Assembly: GCF_006345805.1 (NCBI RefSeq)
Contig: NC_043003.1
Coordinates: 45,756,001-45,820,000, forward strand
Source: Octopus sinensis
Lineage: Eukaryota
Direction: 5' to 3'
Length of the DNA: 64,000 nt
Shown here: in pieces, positions 24,971 through 37,965 of the stretch
How positions within the stretch are numbered: position 1 is the stretch's first letter
Layout: each line of letters starts with the position of its first letter
Translations under genes and position numbers: made by a program
The notes under the pieces: model-generated
The model's input: only the letters and a program-made list of their open reading frames with translations
Told to the model about the DNA's origin: nothing
Database searches by the model: none

Positions 24971-26609
24971 ATTTAATATTTTCCTTATTTAACATATACG
25001 AAATTGCTCATAGTAGCTTATTTTCATACATATTAACGATAATACGTCATCCTATATAATATCATTTTATTTGAAATTATGCATGTTCTGTATCCTTTAC
25101 TTTACACAGTTTGCCAAACCTAAACTTGATTTTTGTTACACGAAAAACATAGATAATTTTCGAAGCTTTCACGTCATGCGTTTATCGATAAGCACGGACA
25201 TATGATACTCATTTACACTTTTACTCGTCTCAGAAGACGAGTTGTAGCCATGCTGCGACGCCGCCATTGAAATATGCTATTAACTGCAATAAGATGTCGG
25301 ACATTTTTAATTTGACAGAATACCCAGAGTTACAGCGCTTTCGAATCTCTCCATCCAAATTGTATTTACTGTAAGTTTAGTATAATATCTCCTTAACAAA
25401 ATTAACGAGCTCTTTTCAAAATCCAGTGTCATAAATTACACGTTTCCAGTTTCGCACATACCATCAATAATTATACGGTTGTATTTAGAACTAATTTCTC
25501 CGTGCTTACTTCGTTTTCAAATTACATCAACTACTATTCTTTCTTTATTTACTAGTACACACAACAAAGCTTTAGAATATCCAATTTCAATCATTATCCT
25601 TGCATTCGTAGGTAATTTTACTAATAAACGTAATTGTAATTTGCTTCAAAGTAAGCATACTGAAGTCTATTTTGATGTATTATACATACTTACTGATACA
25701 GGCATGTCTCTATGTATGTATGTATGTATGTATGTATGTATGTATGTATGTATGTATGTATGTATGTATGTATGTGTGAATGCATGTGTGTGTATGTGTG
25801 TGTGTATGTGTGTGTATATGTGTGTGTGTGTATGTGTGTGTATGTGTGTGTGCATGTGTGTGTGCATGTGTGTATGTATGTATGCATATATGTATGCATG
25901 TATGTATGTATGTACGTATGTATGTACGTATGTATGTATGTGTGTATGTGTGTTCTATTAAGCTAAGTGTAAAATAGATGATATTTACAGTTTCAATGTC
26001 TTTCTATTGACGCTCGTAAGGCAAATATATATTTTTATTTAATTAGCAGGAACACTTGGGCTAACTTTTCTCAGCACATCCCCAATTAAGATAAAGTCAT
26101 TTAATTTTATGTCTCTATGGAATAGGTGGATTTTACTTACTATTGCCGATATGAATTTCTATGACACGTAACATTTGTATAAATAACATATCAAAATATT
26201 GAATAAACGCACATTTTGTTGATATCCTTTCAGAAAAAGACAAATTTTCGCATGAATAACACATTGGAACATTACTACTTCGCAACTTGAATTAAAAGCA
26301 TTTTGCTAAAATAAGTTAGCTTAATAACATTTTCCTAAGTTTTCCTTTGAAGTGTCCGTTACTAATGGAAACCGATTTTAAAAACATAACTTCAGCTCGA
26401 ATATTCTTTGGAATCATATGTATATTTCTTTCCCTCCAAACAAGTGCACAACTTTCACCCAACTTTCAACTTATATTTATGTATATATCCTTACTTCTAT
26501 TTCCATTACACGCATTTTAGCACAATCCTATTCTGGCCATCTATTGGTTATACTTTTATTATGAATATTATTGAATATTTTTCAATAATTCAATTCCGCA
26601 AAATCTCTT

Positions 26610-26930
26610 ACATCACTCAACTGTGATACAACATGCTGTGATACTTTTTCCAGCGGCAACTTGGTGTGTTCAGCTACCAGTCCAGGCTCCGCTACTCGTC
26701 AGGCTGAGCAAAGCAAACTATCAAAGTATTGGAAGCTCTTTCACTGCTTTATGGTCGAGTCTGTGGTAGACCGCCCGCTTCCTCGGCCTGCAGACCGTCA
26801 TCGGGGCAGAGATGGCTATCCGCAAGTGCGAGCCCCGTGAGTCACAGCGGCGATTCCAGAGCATCTCTCTCACCATTCCCCAGAGGGACCCACTTTTCTA
26901 TTTTGTCTGCCGCGACCATGAAACTTTAAA
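26610..26930 (+). mobile_element. 3' fragment of a CRE-like RLE non-LTR retrotransposon
   Basis: Translates as CDTTCCDTFSSGNLVCSATSPGSATRQAEQSKLSKY...PRESQRRFQSISLTI..RG.HFSILSA. This matches the WD.TC.DT..S..SA..AE..K..KY / RE..FQR.S...RGN..IL pattern of CRE-type restriction-like endonucleases. Confidence 0.7.
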
Positions 26931-27266
26931 GGAAATCGAAAGAATGTCAGAATTTCGTAGCTTACCACACGAACTATAAGCTTATTCCTGTAGTCCGTAG
27001 CTGTGAGGTGAACATCTTAACCACACAACAATGTCCACGCCTTATCTTTAAAATACCTAAATTGCTTGCATATGACAAATATCTATGGTTTGAAATGCTT
27101 TGCTTGACAAATCGTTGAGGTTTTTCTCACAGTTCAGTTCAACAAATACTTAACCGTGTTGCAAGTAATGAGTTCTTATTGCCTTAATGATTATATATGC
27201 ATACACACACACACGCACCTATATATATGCATACATACATACATACATACTACATACATACATACA

Positions 27267-27300
<34 letters not shown>

Positions 27301-27315
27301 CATACATATATACAT

Positions 27316-27697
27316 ATGATGGCTGCCTCCTCGTTATCGAGTATGGTCATTGCACGAAGCTTAACTGTTATTGGTGCTGTGATCGAATGTGACTTTTTAG
27401 CCCAGCTAAAGATCTACAATGTCTTGTACAGAATTGGCAGCTAAAACCTTTACCAGCAACAGCCGGCTGTAGTTGTAACAGGGCCTCATGTACCTTTGCA
27501 TGTCGTTTAAGTCCTCCTGCCGAATTACACTCTCTTCCACATGGCTGACAGATATGATTAGTATGGTGTGTAACACCACCACCAGTGGCCAGATTGTCAC
27601 TCATCTGTCTCGCTTTATGACTACGAAGATGACTCTTGAGTCCAGCTTTACTGAGGCTGGGTCTTGCACAGACACTGCATGTCAGCATCTTAGGAAG
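27316..27697 (-). mobile_element. RTE-like LINE 3' end encoding three C2H2 zinc fingers
   Basis: Open frame CSVC..GLKSHLRSH / CQPC..GLKRHAKVH / CQFC..GLKSHIRSQH, followed by an RTE-type tail GACCATACTCGATAACGAGGAGGCAGCCATCAT. Embedded in (TACA)n. Confidence 0.75.
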
Positions 27698-28003
27698 ACA
27701 TATATACATACATTCATGCATACATACATAGGTGCATACTCAAGCACTCATGCACGCTGACACAAACACATGCACACAAACAGACAAAAACGAACGCAGC
27801 TCCAATAACGGGCAGAGTCAACATCCGTTGACAAGGTTGTAAAGGCAACGAAAATTTTGGAAGATAAATATATATATAATAACTGAGTGGAAATCGAACC
27901 GGTGAGTGTGTTAGATAACAAGGCATTAAGATAGAATAACTCTCCCCAGATACAGCGCAACGATTATTGTTTTACATATAAGCAATATCATCTTCATTAT
28001 ATA

Positions 28004-28231
28004 CAGAGTGGCCCAAAAGTAGTTTTCCAGTTATCACAAAGACACTTTAAATTTAAACATTTGATTACATTTAAATTTCTATCTTACATACTGAAAAGGG
28101 AGCTGGAGAAAATTAACTAAATTAGCATAGAATAATAGTTTCATAGTTTTTTATAACCAATATCTAAACTGTTAATATATGAATGCGAAAGAGATAGTTC
28201 AATAACTGTAAGCCTTTTTTGGGCCACCCTG
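28004..28231 (-). mobile_element. Tc1/mariner-type MITE (same family as 10925-11131)
   Basis: TIRs CAGAGTGGCCCAAAAG / TTTTGGGCCACCCTG with TA flanks; the interior is the reverse complement of the first copy. Confidence 0.88.
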
Positions 28232-28251
28232 TATTGTTATATTCTTTGGCA

Positions 28252-28512
28252 CTTTTCCCTGTTTCGGTCATTGAACTGTAGACATGGTAGGCCCCCCTGG
28301 AATCGTTTAGTCAAAGAAACCGATTCCAGTAGTTATTCTTACGCGTGATACTTTTACGGAAATGCTAATTCACAGAGAAGTAAACAAAACAATATTGGTT
28401 GTCTACAGTACTATTTCAGAAAAGACATGAACACACACACACAGAGACACACACAAACACACACACACACACTCCTGTACGATGGGTACAAAGTTTCCGT
28501 CTGTCAAACTTG
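28252..28512 (-). mobile_element. Decayed SINE family A
   Basis: Degenerate tail TGTTTCGGTCATTGAACTG and AGTTTCCGTCT motif. Confidence 0.6.
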
Positions 28513-28521
28513 CGCACAGCG

Positions 28522-28566
<45 letters not shown>

Positions 28567-28571
28567 GCATG

Positions 28572-28619
<48 letters not shown>

Positions 28620-28701
28620 TGTGTGTTTGTGTGTATACACACACACAAACACATACATACATAAACATGTATATATATATATATATATACATTTTACATA
28701 G

Positions 28702-28730
28702 ATATAAAGATATACACTCACACGCACATG

Positions 28731-28776
<46 letters not shown>

Positions 28777-28814
28777 ATATACATACATGTGCGTGTGAGT
28801 GTATATCTTTATAT
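28702..28814. repeat. Perfect 34-bp inverted repeat centred on (TA)n
   Basis: ATATAAAGATATACACTCACACGCACATGTATGT / ACATACATGTGCGTGTGAGTGTATATCTTTATAT. Confidence 0.95.
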
Positions 28815-29355
28815 ATATATCTATATATATATATTCATCCTCAATGTATTTGACGAAAGCTTAAAAATATATTTCCTATTTCGTGATTTAAATCCTTCAT
28901 CTGAAAAATATAAATGAATAGACTGTGCCGGATTTTCCTTCTAGAGAGATATTGGTTTAAATTTAAAATATTTTGAATTTGTTTAGAATCCTTTGTGTTT
29001 TGTATTAAGCCAGCTACAAACATCTATAAATGAATCTTCTTTCAGCAAATGTCTCTTTGCTATCCTGCTGATGATATGAATACACAAGCATATTTTTACG
29101 TATATTTTATCTTGCCAAAATATAGCGATGTCCAGCGTCGTTCTTTCATTTATTTTTCAATTATTTCCTCTTACATGATATAGTTCATATCCATACATAT
29201 ATGCACGCACGCACGCAGACATACATATTATCGCTTAGATCTTAGTTTAGATCTTTTGAAATGTTTCCATTCATTTTACTTTGCACGAAAATACAATATA
29301 ATGCATGAAAACGAATATATGTGTATGTGTGTGTGTGTGTGCATATGTATATTAA

Positions 29356-29397
<42 letters not shown>

Positions 29398-30319
29398 GGT
29401 ATTTGTATGCGTATTCATATCTATACATATGAATATATATGTGCATATATATATATATTATATATATATATATATATACACATGTGCGTGTGTATATATG
29501 CATATTATAAATACATCTATACGTGCGTGTGGTTCTTCCTAATACTCCAACTCAATCAAGAAAAGTAAAACTTTGTTGCTTTTTTTGATGTGTTTATTTT
29601 TTCCCCAAAAAAACTTTTTTTTATTTTTCGACTTCTTTGGCAAATTCTCTGATTTGCCTAAAGGATTTTGGATTATAACGAAAGATTAAATTTACTAAAA
29701 AGAGGAGTTCAGCGTTGATATTAATTTTGATGCAGTGTTCGCTCGCATTATTTCTGTTGCTGTCGTTGTTGCGAATCTTCCAGAAGACTTCACAAATTGG
29801 GTTCTTTATCCCGCTTTTCACTCTTTGTTTGTTTTTTTTTTCATTTTTATACGTTCGCTTTTCAGTCATTTAAAACCCTTTAGATTACAACTAGGTGTCA
29901 CAGATGTGTTAATGAGGATTGGATGAAGTGGAGACAAATAGATGTATTCTATCATGTGATCTAATCCAATGCCTCTCATTGGACAACAACATTTTAATAT
30001 TGTTATTGCTGCTGTTCTTTTTTTTTTTTACTGCAGTTGTTTTTCTCGTTGTTTTCAGCGGCGGCGGCACCGGCGTTGGTGGTGGTGGTGGTGGTGCAAT
30101 TACTAATAATATTCTTTGATAATCATTGTGATTTGTTTTTGTATTTCTACTTTGTATTGGACCCTTGTGGACAATAAACGAAATCACAGTTATTATTTTG
30201 CATTATTGTTTTGTAGTTACTGTTATTGATTTTCTTGTTACTAATGCTTATTACTTTCACAACCATTCGTATTATTAATATTTTTTATTATCATTGCTAT
30301 ATCATTATTTATTTTTTCC

Positions 30320-30372
<53 letters not shown>

Positions 30373-30466
30373 TGCTACTACTATTTTTATTATTATTATT
30401 ACTACTACTACTACTACTACTATTATTATTATTATTATATTATTATTATTATTATTATATTATTAT

Positions 30467-30522
<56 letters not shown>

Positions 30523-30693
30523 TTGTTGTTGTTGTTGTTGTTGTTATTATTATTATTATTATTATTGCCTCAATTAATGCCATTAGGATGTCTCTTTAGC
30601 GAGTGAGTTATGAAGTTGCTCTTAAAATGGAATTCGTCGTCAAAAATGACTGAAATATATAAAACTTTAAATTTCTTTCGCAAAAAAACAACA

Positions 30694-30749
<56 letters not shown>

Positions 30750-30790
30750 GAAGAAGAAGAAGAGGAAGAAGAAGAATGATAACAACAACG
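30320..30790. repeat. Trinucleotide ladder (TAT/TAC/TAG/TGT)n and (AAT/AAG/AAC)n
   Basis: Read directly. Confidence 0.95.
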
Positions 30791-31462
30791 ATATAGAACA
30801 AAAACGCCAGTGCATTGCATATTTTCTGATGCGGTATTAACAGGGAAAATACAATGTAATCCGCGGAATTTGCCTAAAGCGAGAGTAAAAAAAAGAAAAA
30901 ATATTAATTGTTTACACATAATGCTTTTTGATTCGAATTTCGAAAGAGAAAAGTGAAGTGAAGTGAGTAGTATTTACGTGTCTATGTATATGTGTGGTTA
31001 CGTATGGCATGTTTGTCTGTGTGGTCTTGTATCCAAGCGAATTACTCGTGTAAGTGTGGATTGATTCGTTTGCGGATACGAGTGATTGTGTGTAAGGAGA
31101 TGTGTGTGTGTGTGTGTATGCTTGTCTCTGTGTGCGTGTATGAGTGTCTGTGAGTGTGTGATTATGTGTGTGTAGACACGTATGCATTTCTGATTCGAAT
31201 GGCGTTTTGTTTTTTTCCGGATTTTCGTTGTTTCACGATTGTTTGATTTACTTATTTATCATAATATATTTTTTTTTTACTTTTACAATTTTCATAGTTT
31301 ATTTTCATATCAATTGATTTGTCTGCTACCTAATCTGTGTGTATGTGTGAGTCTATGTCTATCTATTTAACTATCTGTCTAACTAACTATCGTAGCTAGT
31401 TATTTATCTATACAGATACCTAACAACGTATGCATATATTTCTACAATATATATATATATAG

Positions 31463-31495
<33 letters not shown>

Positions 31496-31735
31496 TGTAT
31501 GTATGTATATATATATATATACACGTATGTTTGAGCGTGGTTACATATACGCACAGACAGGCATTTATATATACAGACAGGATATACAGAAACGCATATT
31601 CAAATTTTGTGTGTGTGTGTGTGTGTGTGCATAACCACCTAGAAACTAAAAGTATTTCGGCACGATCTGGAGAATTTCTTATGGGTGGTTAAGGACACGT
31701 TTATATCTGTTGATTTGAGTGCCTGCTGTACATAA

Positions 31736-32075
31736 GTATGACTATATATGTATGCAGATACTTGTCTGCCTCTGTGTTTTTGTATGTGTCTTCGTGAGTA
31801 TGCGTATGCTGAATCATCACGATAATTTGTATTAGAATACCTGCAGTTGTAATAAGTATATCATACTCTACTTGTTTCACTCTTGCTATTGTGGTCTTTC
31901 ACTTAGAAGTTATTAATTTAAAAGTACATTTCCTTATGTGCATTTGTATATACGTATATACTTATACAAATACATGCTCGTACATAGATATACATGCATG
32001 CATACATACATACATACATACATACATACATACATACATACATACATACATACATACATACATACATACATACAC

Positions 32076-32108
<33 letters not shown>

Positions 32109-33080
32109 CATACACACATACATACATACATACATACTTACATACATACTTACATACATACATATTATTCTTCGCTTTTTGCGAAAGAAATTCGAAGTTT
32201 TATAGATAACAGGGTCCAGTGAGGCATTAGTGTGCAGCACTCAAGAACAAGCTTTCATAACAAACTACTCCAAATATCACATTGATAAAAGCACTGACTC
32301 GCCACAGCGTGGGATATGCTCTGAGAAGGGAGAAAGTAGAAACCATATTGTTAGTGAGTGCTGTAAGCCCGCACAACGACAATGTGACCAGATATATCCA
32401 CTGGCTTTTGTATGACTATATATGTATGCAGATACTTGTCTGCCTCTGTGTTTTTGTATGTGTCTTCGTGAGTATGCTGAATCATCACGATAATTTGTAT
32501 TAGAATACCTGCAGTTGTAATAAGTATATCATACTCTACTTGTTTCATTCTTGCTATTGTGGTCTTTCACTTAGAAGTTATTAATTTAAAAGTACATTTC
32601 CTTATGTGCATTTGTATATACGTATATACTTATACAAATACATGCTCGTACATAGATATACATGCATGCATACATACATACATACATACATACATACATA
32701 CATACATGCATACATACATACATACATACATACATACATACATACATACATACATACATACACACTTACATACATACATACATACATACTTCCATACATA
32801 CTTACATACATAAATATTATTCTTCGCTTTTTGCGAAAGAAATTCGAAGTTTTATAGATAACAGGGTCCAGTGAGGCATTAGTGTGCAGCACTCAAGAAC
32901 AAGCTTTCTTAACAAACTACTCCAAATATCACATTGATAAAAGCACTGACTCGCTACAGTGTGGGATATGCTCTGAGAAGGGAGAAAGTAGAAACCATAT
33001 TGTTAGTGAGTGCTGTAAGCCCGCACAACGCGAATACAAAAGAAGACACGACAATGTGACCAGATATATCCACTGGCTGT
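31736..33080 (+). repeat. ~675-bp tandem duplication including the start of a LINE fragment
   Basis: GTATGACTATATATGTATGCAG at ~31737 and ~32410. The copies differ by substitutions and a ~20-bp deletion in copy 1. Confidence 0.92.
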
Positions 33081-33660
33081 TGTGTGGTAAAGCAAACCTC
33101 GAGGGAGCCGAACAGTAGTATGAACACAAGCCAGAGGGAGTAGTAGAAAACGAACATTACAAAATACTCTGGGATTTTAACTTACAATGCGACCAAGTCA
33201 CAGAGACGAGACGGCCAGATATTGTAATCATCCATAAAGATGAAAAAGAAACAAAGATAACAGATGTTGCAATACCAGGCGATTCGAAGCTGAAATGTAA
33301 GGAAACAGAAAAGAGTGAGAAAAATCAGCCACTGCTGGATGAGATAGGTAAGTTATGGGGCATGAAGAAAGTAATGGTAATACCTGTGGTAATTGGAGGG
33401 CAGTTTCCGAGAGCTTTGAAAAACATATTAAGAATATTATGGCTTCTGTCAGGCTCGAAGTGATCCAGAAGACAACAGAGATGGGCGCAGCTCGCATTCT
33501 AAGGAGTGTATTGTCTCTTTGAGTAACTGGAGAAGTCACTACTTGAAACCTTTGGTTATTTGTTATTGCCTGCTTTCAAGTAAAGAACAACTGCAAACAG
33601 AACAGCGAGAATCAAAACAACAGCAGCAGTAGCGGCAGCAACAACAGCAACAATAACAAC
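32850..33660 (+). mobile_element. R4/Dong-like RLE LINE 3' fragment
   Basis: CGICSEKGESRNHIVSEC (CCHC knuckle), YKRRHDNV, KILWDF, RRPDIVII..DVAIPGD endonuclease motifs; stop at 33520-22; trinucleotide tail. Confidence 0.92.
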
Positions 33661-33765
33661 AACTATTACTATTACTATTATTACTATTACTATTATTACT
33701 ATTATTACTATTATTACTATTACTATTATTATTACTATTATTACTATTACTATTATTACTATTAC

Positions 33766-33832
<67 letters not shown>

Positions 33833-33859
33833 TTGGTAGAAAGCCAGATATTTTGTGAG

Positions 33860-33970
33860 TGGGGTAAGTCGATTACGTTGGCCCCAGTGTTGGACTAGTA
33901 CTCATTTTATCGATCCCGAAAAGATGGAAGTTAAAGTCGATCTCGGCTGAAGCTGAACTCAGAGCGTAAG
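33860..33970 (-). mobile_element. SINE family B fragment
   Basis: Degenerate reverse-complement core. Confidence 0.7.
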
Positions 33971-35249
33971 TTTTTCTGCAGTTTTGGTAGGTTCTTCTTT
34001 GTAAATTGGAAAGTTGTCTTGTTGGAGCAGATATATAAGGAAGTAATGAATTGCTGTCAGTTTCGTTAAAGAGCTGGACAGAATGCTTCGTAGAATTTGT
34101 CTTTGCTCTCAGCACTCTAAAACTAGCTTTATTTGTTCTGATTTACAGCGCTCTGATGCTAGCTTTATCTGTTCTGACTATTGGCGCATGGAGGTCAGCT
34201 TCTCGTTTCCTCTTCTCGGCGACGATAAAATAGAAGAGTGTTGTGCTATAAACATGCTGTCGAGTTTCCATATAGAAATGACCAAATGAAGTAATCAGAA
34301 ACGTTTATTATCTTATTTACAAAGATGTGAGACAAATGAGCTCCCAGAGAGTTCACGAAGTGTGTGAGTGTGTTAGTTCATGCGTGTATGATGTTTGAGT
34401 TTACTAATGAATATTTTTTTGTGGATAGGTCATTGTGTGTATACCCATGTATATGTGTCAATGTTTGTATTTGTTTGTCTATGTATGCGTGTATTATTTA
34501 TATGATTGTGTGTATTGTATGACAGTTGACATTTCTGAATTCACTCGACCTACGACAGCTTTTGTTTGTCCTCGTGTAGGTTGTCTAAAAGTCACCCTCT
34601 TCAATAAGCAGGGCGTGGTTGTGGCGTTGAATACGTCACCTATGAAGCGACCGTGCGCTGATTCTGCTCGTTGTATGGTTAACAGTACCAGATATATCTG
34701 TTTGTGTGGCTGTGTCTGTGACTCAGACCAAAGCAAACGAGCTATGTAAATGTGTGTGTGGAGAGCGAGCGAGAGACAGAAAGAGAGAGAGATAATTAAT
34801 TACGATCGCATTTTGATTAAGGATTGGCTGAGTGAAGGCTACATTAAAACTAGCAAAGAAATCTTTACGAGGTACATGCAATTTGTTAACATAGTTACAA
34901 AAATATGCTTTATATTTAATCATGCTGTAAAAACAACCTTTGTTTGCTCCGCAGGAATCTCAGCAGTCAGAATAGAAGCTCAGATCAACTTTCATTTCCA
35001 GGTTCGTATTTCGTTAAACCTTCATTAGGATCCGTTTACTGTTATCTAAATGCCGTGAGGATAGTGTGATACGGCATACAGGAAAAATATAAACAAGATA
35101 GAGGTAGACCTAATCACTTTTAAATAGCAATGCAAAGTCAAAGGCTTATATTAATTGTTTGGTTTAACGAATTGTCTACGTTACGAGCAACAGTATGCGC
35201 GCGCGCGTGTGTGCATGAATGTGTGTACATGTGTGTGTGTGTATGTAGT

Positions 35250-35470
35250 CTTTTACCTTCTGTTTGTTTTAATCTTCAGAGTGCGCCATGCTGGGGTACC
35301 AACCTCGAGGGTTTTAGTTAAGCGAAAACAAATCAACTCCATTACACGTCTCTTTTTAAAATTTGGTAATTATTCTATCAGTCTTATATGCTGAACTGCT
35401 AGTTTACGGGGACGTAAGCAGACCAACACTAGTTGTCAAAACTCAAGCACAAAGACACACGCACAGATAT
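35250..35470 (-). mobile_element. SINE family A 3' half; a separate plus-strand tail lies at 35683-35740
   Basis: GCCATGCTGGGG..., CTATCAGTCT and GACGTAAGCAGACCAACAC motifs. Confidence 0.65.
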
Positions 35471-35879
35471 ATATATAAACAGTTTGTCCAGGGTAAGTTT
35501 TACAATTTGTATAAAAGGAAAAGAAAATACAATATCCCGTACGGACATAAACATAATTTTAAAAGCTCAAAGCATCAACTTGATCAGTGGTTCCCAAATA
35601 CTCCATATGACCCCAGGGTCGCCAAAAGATTTTTCCGTTAAAATCTGTCGGTAATAGATTGGTTATACTTCTGCAATACAAAAGGCAGTGCTCCAGCATG
35701 GCCGCAGTCAAATGACTGAAACAAGTAAAAGAGTAAAAGAATACACTAAATATTTTAATAATTTTTCGTCATACAATTCCTAATAATATTCAATTTTTAA
35801 AATACAATAGGAGTCCTTAAAACATCAAATGGTTAGGAGTAAAATAGCAACACTGAACTAGATTATGGCTGGGATGTGA

Positions 35880-36616
35880 CAGTTTACTCAAAGTGGCCCC
35901 AATCAGCTTCTACCTCAGTCTGATGATGGCTTTGGGATCTAGCCCATACGTTTCTCACACTGTCCCTAGAAAGATCTTCGAACGCCTCTTTGGGCTTGGC
36001 TACCAGCGCGGCTTTCGTGCTACACGTAGAGCAGTTGGAGTCTTTCTCAACCGCGTTCCACTCATAGTAATCCATGAGATTACAATCGGGGCATTAGGAG
36101 GCCCGAAATTGGGGCTATTAGGGTCTTAAGAATTCTACGACAGTCTTTTCTGATTCTTTTTGGAGGTATGGCAAGGAGTTTAATCCTGCTTCCACACATA
36201 TAGCCTTCCAGCAGCAACCTTACCTAGCCAAGGTTTGATCAAAGTCTCCAGCAATTTCACACAGCCGTGTAAACTGAGCCAAAGATGTGAGGGGGCATGA
36301 GGTCACTCTCAATGTAGGCCTCCAAAGACAATCAGAGTCAGGGAACATTTGTTTTTCATGACGTCCTTATCACGTATCACAGCCTTTAAAGTATTCACGG
36401 GGTATTGAGCAGCAGTCATGATGGCGGCATTGTGATGCTCAACGCGAATCATCATGATAGAATTAACTCATTACGAGTTTTCGGATGGCTCATCTACACC
36501 TGTACTCTTTATGCTCTTATTGCCGTTAACTTTTCACCAATACTCCGAGCTGTTCCTGAAAAAAAATAAAAGGTAACATAAATAATTAAAAGTCAACTTT
36601 AGCCCGAACACACTGA
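35880..36616 (-). mobile_element. Decayed Tc1/mariner-superfamily transposon
   Basis: The minus strand gives PPN.PDCNLMDYYEWNAVEKD (WPPNSPDLNP.DY.W motif) with frameshifts; CAGTGTGTTCGGGCTAA is a candidate TIR at the right end. Confidence 0.75.
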
Positions 36617-36970
36617 ACAAACACACATACGCACACAAGCATACACACACACATTACACACACAGGCACACACGCACACACACACATATACACACACACG
36701 CATACGTAGACACACACACACATTACTCACGCACACACACACGCACATATATATATTTCAGAGATGGGATCCAGAATCCAGAGGTTCTCCGTATAGAGGA
36801 AACATAGTAGTGCTCAAAATATTCAAACTTAAACTCCGATGTTTTTACAGGGGATCAATTCCACAAGTTAAAAGAAAGGCTATTAGAGGGATCGAGTTGA
36901 GCGATTATAGAAGCAATTATTCGGATAAGCAAATTAGATACATCATATATTTTAAATATGTTAAATATCT

Positions 36971-37392
36971 AGGCGTAGGAGTGGCTGTGTGGTAAGTAGC
37001 TTGCTTACCAACCACATGGTTCCGGGTTCAGTCCCACTGCGTGACACCTTGGGCAACTGTCTTCTACTATAGCCTCGGGCCAACCAAGGCCTTGTGAGTG
37101 GATTTGGTAGACGGAAACTGAAAGAAGCCCGTCGTATATATGTGTATATATGTGTGTGTGTGTGTGTGTATGTGTGTGTATGTTTGTGTATCTGTGCTTG
37201 TGCCCCCAACATCGCTTGACAACTGATGCTGGTGTGTTTAAGCCCTCTTAACTTAGCGGTTCGGCAAAAGAGACCGATAGAACAAGTACTAGGCTTACAA
37301 AGAATAAGTCCTGGGGTCAATATGCTCGACTAAAGGCGGTGCTCCTGCATGGCCACAGTCAAATGACTGAAACAAGTAAAAGAGTAAAAGAG
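36971..37392 (+). mobile_element. Full-length tRNA-derived SINE family A
   Basis: A-box TGGCTGTGTGG, B-box GGTTCAGTCCC, internal (TG)n, LINE-like tail and (GTAAAAGA)n end. Confidence 0.95.
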
Positions 37393-37514
37393 TCTATGTA
37401 AACAGTTTTATATGTTTATAAATCTAGAGGGCAGCAGCGTAAACACGTGCTGAAACATCCCTTTTCATATTTTCCTTCTTTCTTGTTCCTTTCTTTCTTG
37501 TTTTGTCGTTATTA

Positions 37515-37965
37515 GGCGCCACATGGTTCCAGGTTTAATTTTCTCTGAGTGGCACCTTGGGAAAGTGTCTTCTACTATAGCCATAGGCCGACCAAAGCCT
37601 TGTGAAACGATTTGGTAGGCGAAAACTGAAAGAAGCCCGTCGTATATACGTATTTATAGATATAAATATGTGTGTGTATGCTTGCGTGCGCGCGTGTGAG
37701 TGTGTATGTATATGTCTGTGTGTATGCGTGTGTGTGTGTGGAAAGATCTGTGTGTGTCTTTATGTCTGTCTCTGTTTCCCATCATCGCTTGACAACCGGT
37801 GTTGGTGTGTTTACGACCCTATAATCTAACGGTCCGACTAAAGAGACTGATAGAATAAATACTAGGCTTTAAAAAATAAGTCATTGGGACGATTTGTTCG
37901 ACGAAAATCCTTCAAGGCGGCACTCCAGCATGGCCGCAGTCAAATGACCGAAACAATTAAAAAAG
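37515..37965 (+). mobile_element. SINE family A, 5'-degenerate
   Basis: Colinear with 36971-37392. Confidence 0.9.

Noticed and set aside
27368-27721. Host C2H2 zinc-finger transcription factor gene
   Set aside because: It lacks TGEKP linkers, its start lies in a microsatellite, and it ends in a retrotransposon-type tail.
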